Source: Cyanobacteria bacterium J06626_4
Lineage (GTDB): Bacteria; Cyanobacteriota; Cyanobacteriia; Phormidesmidales; Phormidesmidaceae
DNA length: 48,210 nucleotides
NCBI GenBank assembly: GCA_038523235.1
Contig: JBCBJQ010000041.1
Coordinates: 1-48,210 of the forward strand
Direction of reading: 5' to 3'
Shown here: one piece after another, positions 37,713-47,495 of the stretch
How positions within the stretch are numbered: the first letter of the stretch is position 1
How the letters are laid out: every line of letters begins with the position of its first letter
The notes under the pieces: model-generated
Database searches by the model: none
What the model was told of the DNA's origin: nothing
Seen by the model: only the letters and a program-made list of their open reading frames with translations
Translations under genes and position numbers: made by a program

Positions 37713-38840
37713 ATGGAAATGATGATTGAAGACCTGATGGAAGAAGTCATTGAGCGCGGCGGCTCAGACCTCCATCTTTCTGCTGGGTTACCCCCTTACA
37801 TTAGGATTAGCGGTAAGCTCACCCCGACTGAACATGAGCCGATGAGCCCCGAAGCTTGTCAACGTCTCATCTTCAGTATGCTGAACAACAGTCAGCGAAA
37901 AGCGTTAGAGCAAAACTGGGAGCTTGATTGTTCCTACGGGGTGAAAGGGTTAGCGCGCTTCCGGGTCAACGTCTATAAGGATCGAGGCACCTATGCTGCC
38001 TGTTTGCGGGCTCTGAGTTCCAAAATCCCGACGATGGATTTGTTAGGCCTGCCGCCGATCGTCCGCGAGCTGTCAGAAAAGCCCCGAGGGTTAATTTTGG
38101 TGACAGGGCCGACCGGATCAGGGAAATCGACCACGCTCGCCTCAATGATCAACGAGATCAATTTGACTCGGCCAGAGCATATCCTAACTGTTGAAGATCC
38201 CATTGAATTTGTGTACGAACCGAACAAAAGCTTGATTCACCAGCGTCAGATTGGGGAAGACACTAAGAGCTTTGGTAATGCCCTAAGAGCGGCCCTGAGG
38301 GAAGACCCCGACGTCATTCTGGTGGGTGAAATGCGGGACTTAGAGACGATTTCTTTGGCGATCTCAGCGGCTGAGACCGGGCACCTCGTCTTTGGTACCC
38401 TGCATACTAGCTCAGCTTCTCAAACGGTTGATCGCATGGTCGATGTCTTCCCGCCAGAACAGCAAACTCAAGTTAGAGTACAGCTTTCTAACTCTTTGGT
38501 AGCGGTCTTAAGTCAGTGTCTGGTGCCTAAGGCTAATCCCAAACCGGGTGAGTTTGGCCGGGTGATGGCCCAAGAGATCATGGTGGTGACACCAGCCATC
38601 TCCAACTTGATCCGAGAGGGCAAAACTGCTCAAATCTACGGCTCTATCCAGACCGGTGGGCGTTTGGCTATGCAGACTCTGGAACGGGTGCTAGCCGATT
38701 TGTATCAGGCTGGTACGATTTCCTTTGACTCTGCCATGTCTAAAACCTCGCGACCCGAAGAATTACAGCGCATCCTTGAGGGTGGACCGAAGGGCGCTGG
38801 TGCTACGCAGCAAGCTACCGCCGCCGGTCGCCGGCGGTAG
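37713..38840 (+). CDS. pilT: Type IV pilus retraction ATPase PilT
   Basis: SDLHL, GPTGSGKSTT, ALREDPDVILVGEMRD, AISNLIRE. Confidence 0.97.
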   Translation: MEMMIEDLMEEVIERGGSDLHLSAGLPPYIRISGKLTPTEHEPMSPEACQRLIFSMLNNSQRKALEQNWELDCSYGVKGLARFRVNVYKDRGTYAACLRALSSKIPTMDLLGLPPIVRELSEKPRGLILVTGPTGSGKSTTLASMINEINLTRPEHILTVEDPIEFVYEPNKSLIHQRQIGEDTKSFGNALRAALREDPDVILVGEMRDLETISLAISAAETGHLVFGTLHTSSASQTVDRMVDVFPPEQQTQVRVQLSNSLVAVLSQCLVPKANPKPGEFGRVMAQEIMVVTPAISNLIREGKTAQIYGSIQTGGRLAMQTLERVLADLYQAGTISFDSAMSKTSRPEELQRILEGGPKGAGATQQATAAGRRR

Positions 38841-39074
38841 ACCAAACTTTACTCAAGTGCTCTGGCTTTGTCGAAGCGCTTGGGTAATGTCTAAGTCAGC
38901 TGCTGGAGAGTAGACCCGCCAAATCTTGAGAAACCGTCTTCGTTTCAGCGCTATGTGCTAACGTATCGGCATCTCAAGGAGCTTCTACAGTGAGGAAATA
39001 CCCATCAAGCAGAGCAAGTTTCTGCTTTCGATGATTGGGTTGAGTTTTTTTAATACCATTGCCGCTTTAGGATT

Positions 39075-40295
39075 ATGCCTACCTACGTTGCTATCGGTCG
39101 AGACAGTGCAGGGCGTGAACGCAAAGAGAAAGTTGCCGCGTCTAACCCCTCTGAAGCTCGTAATTTGCTGAAAGATCAGGGGCTATTTATTCAGGACTTG
39201 AAGGAAGAACGAAGCTTCAACTTCGACCTGAGTGAAATCAAAATGGCGATGACGTCAGTGTCTGTTAAAGACAAGGCCGTTTTTTCTCGGCAGTTTGCGG
39301 CATTGGTTAATGCGGGGGTTGCCCTCGTGCGGGGGATTGGCGTGCTGTCAGAAGAATGTCCGAACCCCAAGTTGAAGCGAGCACTGGAAGATGTCAATGC
39401 CGATGTGCAGCAGGGCACAAGTCTTTCGGATTCGATGAGCAAGCATCCTAGCTGCTTTGACAAATTGTATGTCAGCTTGGTGCAAGCAGGGGAAGTTGGG
39501 GGTGTCTTAGATGAGGTGCTCAATCGACTCGCTAAACTTCTAGAAGATCTCAATCGACTGCAAAACCAGATTAAGTCAGCCATGGCTTATCCGGTGACGG
39601 TGTCGCTGTTGGCGATCGTGATCTTTATCTCGATGACGGTTTTTCTGCTGCCGACGTTTGCCGAAATTTTTGAGGAATTAGACGCCCAGTTGCCGCTGTT
39701 TACCCGCATTATGTTGCAGATCAGTGTGTTTCTGCGGCAGCCCTTAAACTGGGTAATCATGATTGGCATAATTGTGGGTGTCGCCTTTGCGTTCAGACGC
39801 TACTATGCGACCGATAACGGTGAGCGAACCATTGACCGTTTGCTGCTGAAGCTTCCACTGTTTGGCGATTTGGTGCAAAAGACGGCAACTGCACGGTTTT
39901 GTCGCACCTTCGGTTCTCTCTCTCGTTCTGGAGTCCCGATTTTGACGTCGTTAGAAATTGTGCGAGACACGGCGGGCAATCGAGTGATTTCTGATGCTAT
40001 CGATGAAGCGCGCAATGAAATTCAGACTGGGGGCATGATTAGTCTGGCCTTGCAGCAGCACCGGGTGTTTCCGGCGATGGCGATTCAGATGATCAGCATT
40101 GGCGAGGAAACGGGTGAGCTCGATCAGATGCTTATGAAGGTGGCTGATTTCTACGAAGATGAAGTAGAGCAAGCCGTAAAAGCGCTCACCAGCATCATGG
40201 AGCCGTTTATGATTGTCATTCTGGGTGGCATGGTAGGGTCAATTCTCGTGTCGATGTACCTGCCAATGTTCAAAATCATGGAAGTCGTCGGCTAG
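39075..40295 (+). CDS. pilC: Type IV pilus inner-membrane platform protein PilC
   Basis: FSRQFAALVNAGV, AGEVGGVLD, IKSAMAYP, GEETGELD, EP...SMYLPMF (two T2SSF domains). Confidence 0.96.
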   Translation: MPTYVAIGRDSAGRERKEKVAASNPSEARNLLKDQGLFIQDLKEERSFNFDLSEIKMAMTSVSVKDKAVFSRQFAALVNAGVALVRGIGVLSEECPNPKLKRALEDVNADVQQGTSLSDSMSKHPSCFDKLYVSLVQAGEVGGVLDEVLNRLAKLLEDLNRLQNQIKSAMAYPVTVSLLAIVIFISMTVFLLPTFAEIFEELDAQLPLFTRIMLQISVFLRQPLNWVIMIGIIVGVAFAFRRYYATDNGERTIDRLLLKLPLFGDLVQKTATARFCRTFGSLSRSGVPILTSLEIVRDTAGNRVISDAIDEARNEIQTGGMISLALQQHRVFPAMAIQMISIGEETGELDQMLMKVADFYEDEVEQAVKALTSIMEPFMIVILGGMVGSILVSMYLPMFKIMEVVG

Positions 40296-40521
40296 TTATC
40301 CTGCCGATTGCTGACGCTGACCTCTCACAGGGGCAAAATTTTCGCTGCGTTAGCCGAGCTAGTAAACGGTTAGCGATCGATTTCTAAAGTCCGCTTTTTC
40401 TCAGAAATGAAGGGACGTACTGACGTTCTCTAGTTGTTTAAGTCATGGAGAACGAATAATAGGTTTTCTGATTGTTGTCCCGTGCCTGGATTTGTGATGG
40501 ATTTAGAGGGGCGGTTGCCGA

Positions 40522-40842
40522 TTACAAAGTGGCAATGCACTCTGCCGATCTCACCTCCATGACTTCTGAGAGGTAACAAACACCGCCAAACTTATTGAGT
40601 AAAGGATTGACCTGTTCAAGCACTGGCTTCACTTTTTCACTGGCGCAAAACGACAGGATGTAGACATTGCTCAAGGTCGTGGCCGCAAAGTCTGAGTCAT
40701 CGGAAACCGCGCCGCGATGCCCTCTGCCAGTCACATCGCGGATGACGGAGTAGCCAGAGACCCCCACCTCATCGAGCTTGGTGAGGATTTTGTGCATCTC
40801 CCGTGAAGAGACAATAATTTCCAGGCGCTTAACGGTACGCAT
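40522..40842 (-). CDS. SbtB-like P-II family protein
   Basis: KRLEII...GVSGYSVIRDVTGRG...NVYI...PLLNKFGGVCY; AAGGA RBS spacing favours ATG 40842. Confidence 0.85.
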   Translation of the reverse strand: MRTVKRLEIIVSSREMHKILTKLDEVGVSGYSVIRDVTGRGHRGAVSDDSDFAATTLSNVYILSFCASEKVKPVLEQVNPLLNKFGGVCYLSEVMEVRSAECIATL

Positions 40843-40863
40843 AGTCAACAGTCCTTATGGTGA

Positions 40864-42552
40864 TCAATGGGGCTGGATCTCGAACGGCTGGGCACGACGG
40901 TGAATCAGCTCGACTGCCTGCTTTAAAGCCGTCAAGCGCTCAGTTAAGTGATTGCCAGGGGGCAACTGTCGCAGCACTTCTAGACATTGCAAACGATGAT
41001 AGACCTGGCCCTGAGCACCGACTACAAAGACTTCTCGCTCTTTGGCAAAGGCATCTTTAATCATAGTCTCGATCGCCAGTAGGGCCGTGACGCCTAAGCG
41101 AGGCACATTGCTGAGATCAAGAATGAGGATTTCATAGTTTTCGACAATCGACATTTGGCGAGAAATCGCCTTAGCCGCACCAAAACTCATGGGACCGCTG
41201 AGATGAAACATCAAAACTTTGCCTCGGGCCGCTCCCAGTAAGATCTGCTCTTCGCGCGACAGCCAATCTTGGTTCTCGGGTCGAGTGATGGTTTTCATGG
41301 CCTGCACCTGCAAATCAGTGAGGCTTTGAATGGTGAGCAAATTCGCCACAAAGACGCCGACCGCTACGGCCGTAATCAAATCGACAAAGACTGTCAGACC
41401 CAGCACCAGGTACATTACCCCGGCGCCTTTGGTGGAGAGGCGATGAGCCCGTTTGATAAATCCCCAGTCAATGATATCGATGCCCACTTTGATCAAAATC
41501 CCTGCCAGCACGGCATTGGGAATGGGCTCTGTTAAAAAACTGGCTTTCCAAACGACGACGGCTAATAACAAGGCATGAATAATGCCTGAAACTGGCGTTC
41601 GTCCGCCCGCCTGCACGTTGATGACTGTGCGCATGGTGGCACCGGCCCCTGGCAATCCCCCGAGCAAGCCTGAGACCATGTTGCCAATGCCCTGACCAAT
41701 TAGCTCGCGATCAGAATCGTGCTGAGTCCGAGTCACGTTATCGGCCACTAGCGATGTCAGTAATGAGTCTAGAGCGCCCAACGTGCCTAACATGAGGCCG
41801 TAGACCAACATATCTTTCAGGTTTTGCCACTCAAATTGAGGGCGGTGGAGGGTGGGGAGCCCGCCGGGAATATCCCCAATATGAGGAATATTGCTGTTGG
41901 GCAAGCCCCATACTGACAGCAAAGTGCAGACGACCAGCGCAATCAGCGGTGCCGGCAGAATGCGGTTGAGTCGAGCGGGGGCGGCAAAGACGATTGCTAA
42001 TGTTAGTAACCCCAACCCCGCCGCCGCCGGATTGATGTCACTGAGATAGGTCGGGATGGCCGCAATTGAGTTGACCACCCCAGCAGTGCCCTCATGGCCT
42101 AACAGTGGCCCAATTTGCAGCACGATAATAATGACGCCGACCCCCGACATAAAGCCGGAGATCACCGTGTAGGGTATCAGGGTAATGTACTTGCCCAGCC
42201 GCAGTAGCCCCAGCAAGATCTGAAACAGTCCGCCCAGCATGACGACGGTGAGCACCATGGCCAGACCTGACTCAGAGGTGCGGGCATTGAAGACGGCAAC
42301 CGTTGAGGCCATCACTACCGTCATGGGGCCAGTGGGGCCAGAAATCTGGGCGGGCGTGCCACCAAAGAGAGCCGCAAAGAAACCGACGCTAATCGCACCA
42401 TAGAGCCCGGCACTGGGGCCAATTCCCGAGGCGACTCCAAAGGCCAACGCTAGCGGCAGCGCCACGATCGCCGCTGTTAATCCGCCAAAAAAATCACCGC
42501 GAAAATTATCGAATTTGAGGTCGTTTATCAGTTTCGTTGGCGAAAATAGCAT
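40864..42552 (-). CDS. bicA: SulP/SLC26 bicarbonate transporter BicA-like
   Basis: GDFFGGLTAAIVALPLALAFG, GPTGPM, GAGATMRT; C-terminal STAS domain (GPMSFGAAK). Confidence 0.85.
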   Translation of the reverse strand: MLFSPTKLINDLKFDNFRGDFFGGLTAAIVALPLALAFGVASGIGPSAGLYGAISVGFFAALFGGTPAQISGPTGPMTVVMASTVAVFNARTSESGLAMVLTVVMLGGLFQILLGLLRLGKYITLIPYTVISGFMSGVGVIIIVLQIGPLLGHEGTAGVVNSIAAIPTYLSDINPAAAGLGLLTLAIVFAAPARLNRILPAPLIALVVCTLLSVWGLPNSNIPHIGDIPGGLPTLHRPQFEWQNLKDMLVYGLMLGTLGALDSLLTSLVADNVTRTQHDSDRELIGQGIGNMVSGLLGGLPGAGATMRTVINVQAGGRTPVSGIIHALLLAVVVWKASFLTEPIPNAVLAGILIKVGIDIIDWGFIKRAHRLSTKGAGVMYLVLGLTVFVDLITAVAVGVFVANLLTIQSLTDLQVQAMKTITRPENQDWLSREEQILLGAARGKVLMFHLSGPMSFGAAKAISRQMSIVENYEILILDLSNVPRLGVTALLAIETMIKDAFAKEREVFVVGAQGQVYHRLQCLEVLRQLPPGNHLTERLTALKQAVELIHRRAQPFEIQPH

Positions 42553-42558
42553 CGGTAA

Positions 42559-43545
42559 TCACGAGCCCCAAAAAAGTTGAATACATTGAAAGTAGATGGG
42601 GATGCCGACGATGATGTTGAAGGGAAACGTGAGCGCTAGCGCCATCGAGATGTAGAGGCTCGGATTAGCCTCTGGCACAGTCAGGCGCATGGCCGCCGGC
42701 ACCGCAATGTAGGAAGCGCTGGCACAGAGCACGGCAAAGAGCAAGGCATCCCCGGCACCCATGCCAATCAGAGCCGCGATCGCCATGCCAATCGCCGCAT
42801 TCAGAATCGGCATCAAGACGGAGAAGCTGATTAGAAATGCCCCCCCTTTGCGTAAATCCTGAAAGCGCCGGGCGGCGACGAGGCCCATGTCTAACAGAAA
42901 AAAGGTCAACACCCCATAAAACATCTCACCCGTAAATGGCTCCAGACTTTCCCAACCTTGGTCGCTCGTGACGACCCCGACGAGTAGGCTGCCAACGAGC
43001 AGGAACACTGAGCCATTGAGACAAGACTCTCGCAGCACCTCTTCCCAAGAAAAGTCATCGTCGTCAAGATTGGGATTTTGCTGCCGAGCAAACACGCGCA
43101 CTAGCAAGAGCCCCACAATGATGGCGGGTGACTCCATCAGGGCGAGGGCGGCCACCATATGGCCGCCAAAGTCAACGTTGAGCCGCGCTAAAAAGGTACT
43201 CGCTGTGACGAACGTGACGGCGCTAATCGAGCCGTAGGTGGCTGCGATCGCCGCCGCATTATGGATGTCTAGCTTTAACCGCAGAATGAAAAAAGAGTAA
43301 ACCGGCACCAGAGCGGCCATCACCACGGCGGCCAGCAGCGCGATCGCAATGTCTGGAGTTACCCCACTTTCGTGTAGCTCATGGCCCCCCTTAAAGCCAA
43401 TGGCAAACAGTAAGTAAAGGGAAAACAGCTTGGGAATCGGCTGCGGAATTTCTAAGTCAGATTTCAGGAAAACGGCGCTTAAACCGATAAAAAAGAACAG
43501 AACAGGCGGATTTAAGACATTCGACAGAATCAAACTAGAGCTCAT
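42559..43545 (-). CDS. SbtA-like sodium-dependent bicarbonate transport family permease
   Basis: YLLFAIGFKGG, AATYGSISAVTF, MESPAI, FLLDMG, SASYIAVPAA, TFPFNI. Confidence 0.88.
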   Translation of the reverse strand: MSSSLILSNVLNPPVLFFFIGLSAVFLKSDLEIPQPIPKLFSLYLLFAIGFKGGHELHESGVTPDIAIALLAAVVMAALVPVYSFFILRLKLDIHNAAAIAATYGSISAVTFVTASTFLARLNVDFGGHMVAALALMESPAIIVGLLLVRVFARQQNPNLDDDDFSWEEVLRESCLNGSVFLLVGSLLVGVVTSDQGWESLEPFTGEMFYGVLTFFLLDMGLVAARRFQDLRKGGAFLISFSVLMPILNAAIGMAIAALIGMGAGDALLFAVLCASASYIAVPAAMRLTVPEANPSLYISMALALTFPFNIIVGIPIYFQCIQLFWGS

Positions 43546-43852
43546 TCATCAACTCTCGCAAGGGGTTCAACTGAGCCCGAGAAATTAGCCCAAGCAAACT
43601 TAGGTTAGTGGGCGTTGCTATTTGCGGCAAGTCGAGTGTTACAGCTTCAGAACAATGTCATTGCTGGCGGCACAGTCCCGCTTACCTTACGGTTATCTTG
43701 AGTCAAGATCGCCGCCCAGAACATAGATTTTGGTTAATGGAAAAGGGGATTTCCATGAATTCAATCCCCTTCTAAGTTAGGAATACCTGAATCCAATCGT
43801 TCGATTTCGTCGACGCTCTGCCAGTGGCCAAACCGCGATCGCGCCACGCCGA

Positions 43853-46765
43853 CTAGGCGGCTCCAATTAAGGTAAAGGCTGCCCAGTTGAGCGGGTCTGG
43901 AGTGGTTTGCCGGGTGATTAGCATGGCCTGTCGTAAAGCTTGCGCTTTGGATTGACCTTGCTGTAGCTGCCGGTAAAATTCCGTCATCAGGGCCGCGGTT
44001 GGCATATCGGGCACTGCCCAAAGCGACACCATGACATCGGGGACGCCCGCGGTAATTAGCGCGCGCGATAAACCCACAACCCCATCGCCAGTAATGCGCC
44101 CGCGCCCGGTGTCGCAAGCACTGAGAACGGCTAACTCGGCCTGTAAATCCATCTCGAAAATCTCAGCGGCAGTCAACAATCCGTCTTCACCATTGCCGGG
44201 GGTGACGGCCAAGGCCCCTGGCACATCAAGCACTCCTGAAGCCTGGGGAGCCCCATAGTCGAGCAACCCATGGGTCGCCAAATGAATTAACGGGGCATTG
44301 GGCAACCGCTGTTTAATCTGGGTTTCGGTCGCTTGCTCCCCAATGAGGGGGGAGAGGCCAAGCAGGTCACTAATCGCCCAGGCTTCGGCTTCGGTGCCCG
44401 GCAGCGGGGCCAACTGCAGATTTTGCAGGCCGCTGCCACTAGGAATCGTCACCTCCGGCATGATGGGATTACCGACCACTAAAGCGTTCTCAGCTTGCAG
44501 AAACGGACTGCTGCTCGCCACTGCCCCTGGCGACTGGGTGAGCAAGTTTAAGACCTGCAGGGAGGGGGCGGTCAGAATCGTATGGGTCTCAATCAGATAG
44601 GCGCCCTCAGCATCTTGCAGGGCCGCGAAAGGCACTAAAAACAGACTGCCCTGGGGCACAAAAATGAGGTTTGCCGTGGGGTCAGCCGGCAGCAAATCAG
44701 CGATGGGGGCAATTAAGACCTGATACAAGTCTGTGAGGCGATGATCGTTCGGGGTGCTGGGGGCATTTGGCAAGGTGGACTGATTGGGCGGGCTAGCGAT
44801 CACGCCAATCCCGGAGCGCGACTCGGCGACTAGGGTATCTAGTGCTGACGGTTCAGCGCCACCCGGATAGACTGGGCCATCCAGCGTGGCAATCGGGTTG
44901 GTGGATCTGCCATCGGCATCGGCATCGTCGAACTCAACGGAGCGAAACGCTAGCTCCCCGGAGGGCTGCACGACCCAGATATATAGCGCCTGATCAAAGA
45001 TGACCGAATAGGTGATCAGCGTGGCATTTTGATCTCGCGCAATTTGTTGAATGTCGGCAATTGAGGGAGCGGCGGTCACTGCATTCGCTACTGTATCGGC
45101 TACGATCCCACGAACCTGGGCCGTCGGCAAACGGCTGGCCAATTGCAGCACAAAGGCGCGGGCACGGGCACGTTCAGTAATTTCTAACGCCGCGGCGGTT
45201 TGACCTTGAGCGACTAAGGCCCGCTCTAAATGGGCGTAGGCAAAGGCTTGTGTATCCGCTAGTGAAATGAGTTGAGCATCTGGGAGATCCGTCCGCAGCG
45301 ATTCATAGGTGGCAACCGACTGTCTGAGCGATTGCTCAGCTTCTGCCAGTTGCCCCATACTGAGCAACGTAATGCCCAAGTTGCTAGTGGTAATCGCCTC
45401 TCCTAAGCGATCGCCGATATCGCGTCTGATGGCTAAAGACTGTTGATACAGCTCGATCGCCTGCTCATAGTCAGCCAAAGACTCATAGGCGAACCCCAAA
45501 CTGCCTAAGGCAGACGCTTCTCCCTGGCGATCACCGATGGCTTGATCAAGGGCGAGCGCCTGCTGATGAAAATCGATTGCGACTGCATAGTCCCCGAGAA
45601 TGTGATGAGTGGTGCCCAAATTCCCGAGAGCACTGGCCTGGGCCGGGCGATCTCCCAGTTCGATCGCAATTGCTAAACTCTCTTGATACAGGTCGATCGC
45701 CTGCGCATAATCGTCCAGAGAGTGGTGCACCAGTCCTGCATTGCCTAAAGCTTGGGCTTCGCTGGCGCGATCGCCGATGGCCCGGAAAATCTCTAAGGTC
45801 TGTTGGTGAAACTCTAGGGCCTGCTGATGCTGACCCAAAGTGTCGTAAACCAGCCCCAAGTTGCCGAGTGCCGAGGCTTCGCTGCGCGGGTCGCCGATTT
45901 CGCGGGCAATGGCCAAATTCTGCTCATACAACTCAATCGCTGGCTGATAATTACCTAGTGAGTTCTGCACATTGCCCAAGTTATTCAGGGCCATGGCTTC
46001 GCCTGAGCGATCGCCGATTTCGCGGACAATGGCTAATGCTTGCTGCAAGACATCTATCGCGGCCTGATATTCCCCCAGCGACCGATAGGCAATACCCAAA
46101 TTGTTCAGCGCGATCGCGGCTTTTTCTCGCAGGTTATTGGATTGATAAATCTCTAACGCCTGCTGCCAAGCGTCCAACGCCGCTGGCAGGTCACCCGCTT
46201 GATATTGTTGAGTGCCCTGCTCAAACAGGCGATCGCCTGCTATCTGCTGCACGTCTGTGGCGCTTGCCGTGGTCACCGTCAGGCGATAGCGGCCCCGCTG
46301 AGTCTCGTCAAAGGCGGTCGCCAAAATCCGATAGGTGCCCGTGTCCGGTAAGGCGATCGCTAGCGTTGAGTTCGAGTCTGATAAGCTGGCGTCGTCGTTT
46401 GACCCGAGGGTTTGATCGGCGGCATCGACCACAATCAGATAGGTATCAAACTCGTCGCTCACCATGCGAATGGTGACGGCTTGTCCGGCTTCTCCGGTAA
46501 ACGGATGGATGTCAAACAGGCTGTTATCCGCAAAAACTTGGTCGCCCGTTTCCAGTACCCCGTCCGCTTCCAATAAAACGGTTGCCGCTGCAGTTTGTGG
46601 TGGTGGTGATTGAGCCACCTCGGTATTGGCCACTCCCGCCCGTTGAGAGGGGTTCTGACCGTCATTAGGGGTCGCTGCCGGGGCCGTGATGACGATCAGC
46701 AGTCCCGTCGCCCAGGCGATCGCTAACGTGATGAATCGCGATTGCCACCGAGTTTTTTGAATCAT
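43853..46765 (-). CDS. Exported PPC-TPR-CHAT domain protein
   Basis: GGAGG then ATG 46765; signal peptide; PPC-like domain (FDTYL, NDD, LPDTGTYRI); 40-aa TPR repeats; CHAT motifs HLATHG, LSACDTG, SLWAVPD, WAAF. Confidence 0.9.
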   Translation of the reverse strand: MIQKTRWQSRFITLAIAWATGLLIVITAPAATPNDGQNPSQRAGVANTEVAQSPPPQTAAATVLLEADGVLETGDQVFADNSLFDIHPFTGEAGQAVTIRMVSDEFDTYLIVVDAADQTLGSNDDASLSDSNSTLAIALPDTGTYRILATAFDETQRGRYRLTVTTASATDVQQIAGDRLFEQGTQQYQAGDLPAALDAWQQALEIYQSNNLREKAAIALNNLGIAYRSLGEYQAAIDVLQQALAIVREIGDRSGEAMALNNLGNVQNSLGNYQPAIELYEQNLAIAREIGDPRSEASALGNLGLVYDTLGQHQQALEFHQQTLEIFRAIGDRASEAQALGNAGLVHHSLDDYAQAIDLYQESLAIAIELGDRPAQASALGNLGTTHHILGDYAVAIDFHQQALALDQAIGDRQGEASALGSLGFAYESLADYEQAIELYQQSLAIRRDIGDRLGEAITTSNLGITLLSMGQLAEAEQSLRQSVATYESLRTDLPDAQLISLADTQAFAYAHLERALVAQGQTAAALEITERARARAFVLQLASRLPTAQVRGIVADTVANAVTAAPSIADIQQIARDQNATLITYSVIFDQALYIWVVQPSGELAFRSVEFDDADADGRSTNPIATLDGPVYPGGAEPSALDTLVAESRSGIGVIASPPNQSTLPNAPSTPNDHRLTDLYQVLIAPIADLLPADPTANLIFVPQGSLFLVPFAALQDAEGAYLIETHTILTAPSLQVLNLLTQSPGAVASSSPFLQAENALVVGNPIMPEVTIPSGSGLQNLQLAPLPGTEAEAWAISDLLGLSPLIGEQATETQIKQRLPNAPLIHLATHGLLDYGAPQASGVLDVPGALAVTPGNGEDGLLTAAEIFEMDLQAELAVLSACDTGRGRITGDGVVGLSRALITAGVPDVMVSLWAVPDMPTAALMTEFYRQLQQGQSKAQALRQAMLITRQTTPDPLNWAAFTLIGAA

Positions 46766-46953
46766 CGCACCGCCTCCTGCCAAGGTTGGGAAGAGAGTGG
46801 AAGGGTCAGAGAGAGACCTGATAGAGGCTTCAGGGGAACGTTAGTGGAACAGTCAGTGCATAGAGGGCGAATTGGCTCATCTAGATTTCTCAATTCGTTC
46901 CTCGCTCCCCCGGCCAATTAGCTGTGTGGGCAATTTTGTTTGAGCGCCGACCC

Positions 46954-47238
46954 CTAAGTTTCTACAGTCACACCTCGCCAAAAGGCGACGTAGCCCTTAA
47001 TGTTGCTGGCCGCCGACTTGGGTTCCTGATAGGCCCAAGCCGCATCGGGGTTCGTCTGGCCATCGACTTCTAGGCTGTAATACGAGGCGGTGCCTTTCCA
47101 AGGGCAACCGGTCGTTTTGCTGCTGGGCTTGAAGTATTCCATATTCAAAGAGTCGGGGGGGAAGTATTGATTGCCCTCAACGACTTCACAGCGATCGCTC
47201 TCCGCTAGCATAGCCCCATTCCACGTTGCTTTTGGCAT
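46954..47238 (-). CDS. DUF427 family protein
   Basis: VEGNQYFPP, CPWKGTASYY, AAWAY, IKGYVAFW. Confidence 0.9.
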   Translation of the reverse strand: MPKATWNGAMLAESDRCEVVEGNQYFPPDSLNMEYFKPSSKTTGCPWKGTASYYSLEVDGQTNPDAAWAYQEPKSAASNIKGYVAFWRGVTVET

Positions 47239-47495
47239 GGCTTCGATTCCCTCACTGGTATGTACACGGTTAGTGGCCGATCAACAACGGGTAACCCCGG
47301 CTCGACCCAGGCGGCCCCGGGTTGACGCCAAGCGGCACCATTGCCCGTCAGGCATCGTCAGTTAGCCAACTGATTGATGCCAGCCAATTCTCATTATGTC
47401 TTTTTTAAAGGGAGGCGATCGCCCGCCCCCCAGCAGTCTATATAGCAACCTATTGTAGGATTGACCGCAGGCCCCTTAGCTGTGAGTTGTTCGCT

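Noticed and set aside
45577..46476. 299-aa plus-strand ORF
   Set aside because: Lies antisense to the TPR repeats; its Arg/Pro-rich composition is typical of a shadow frame.
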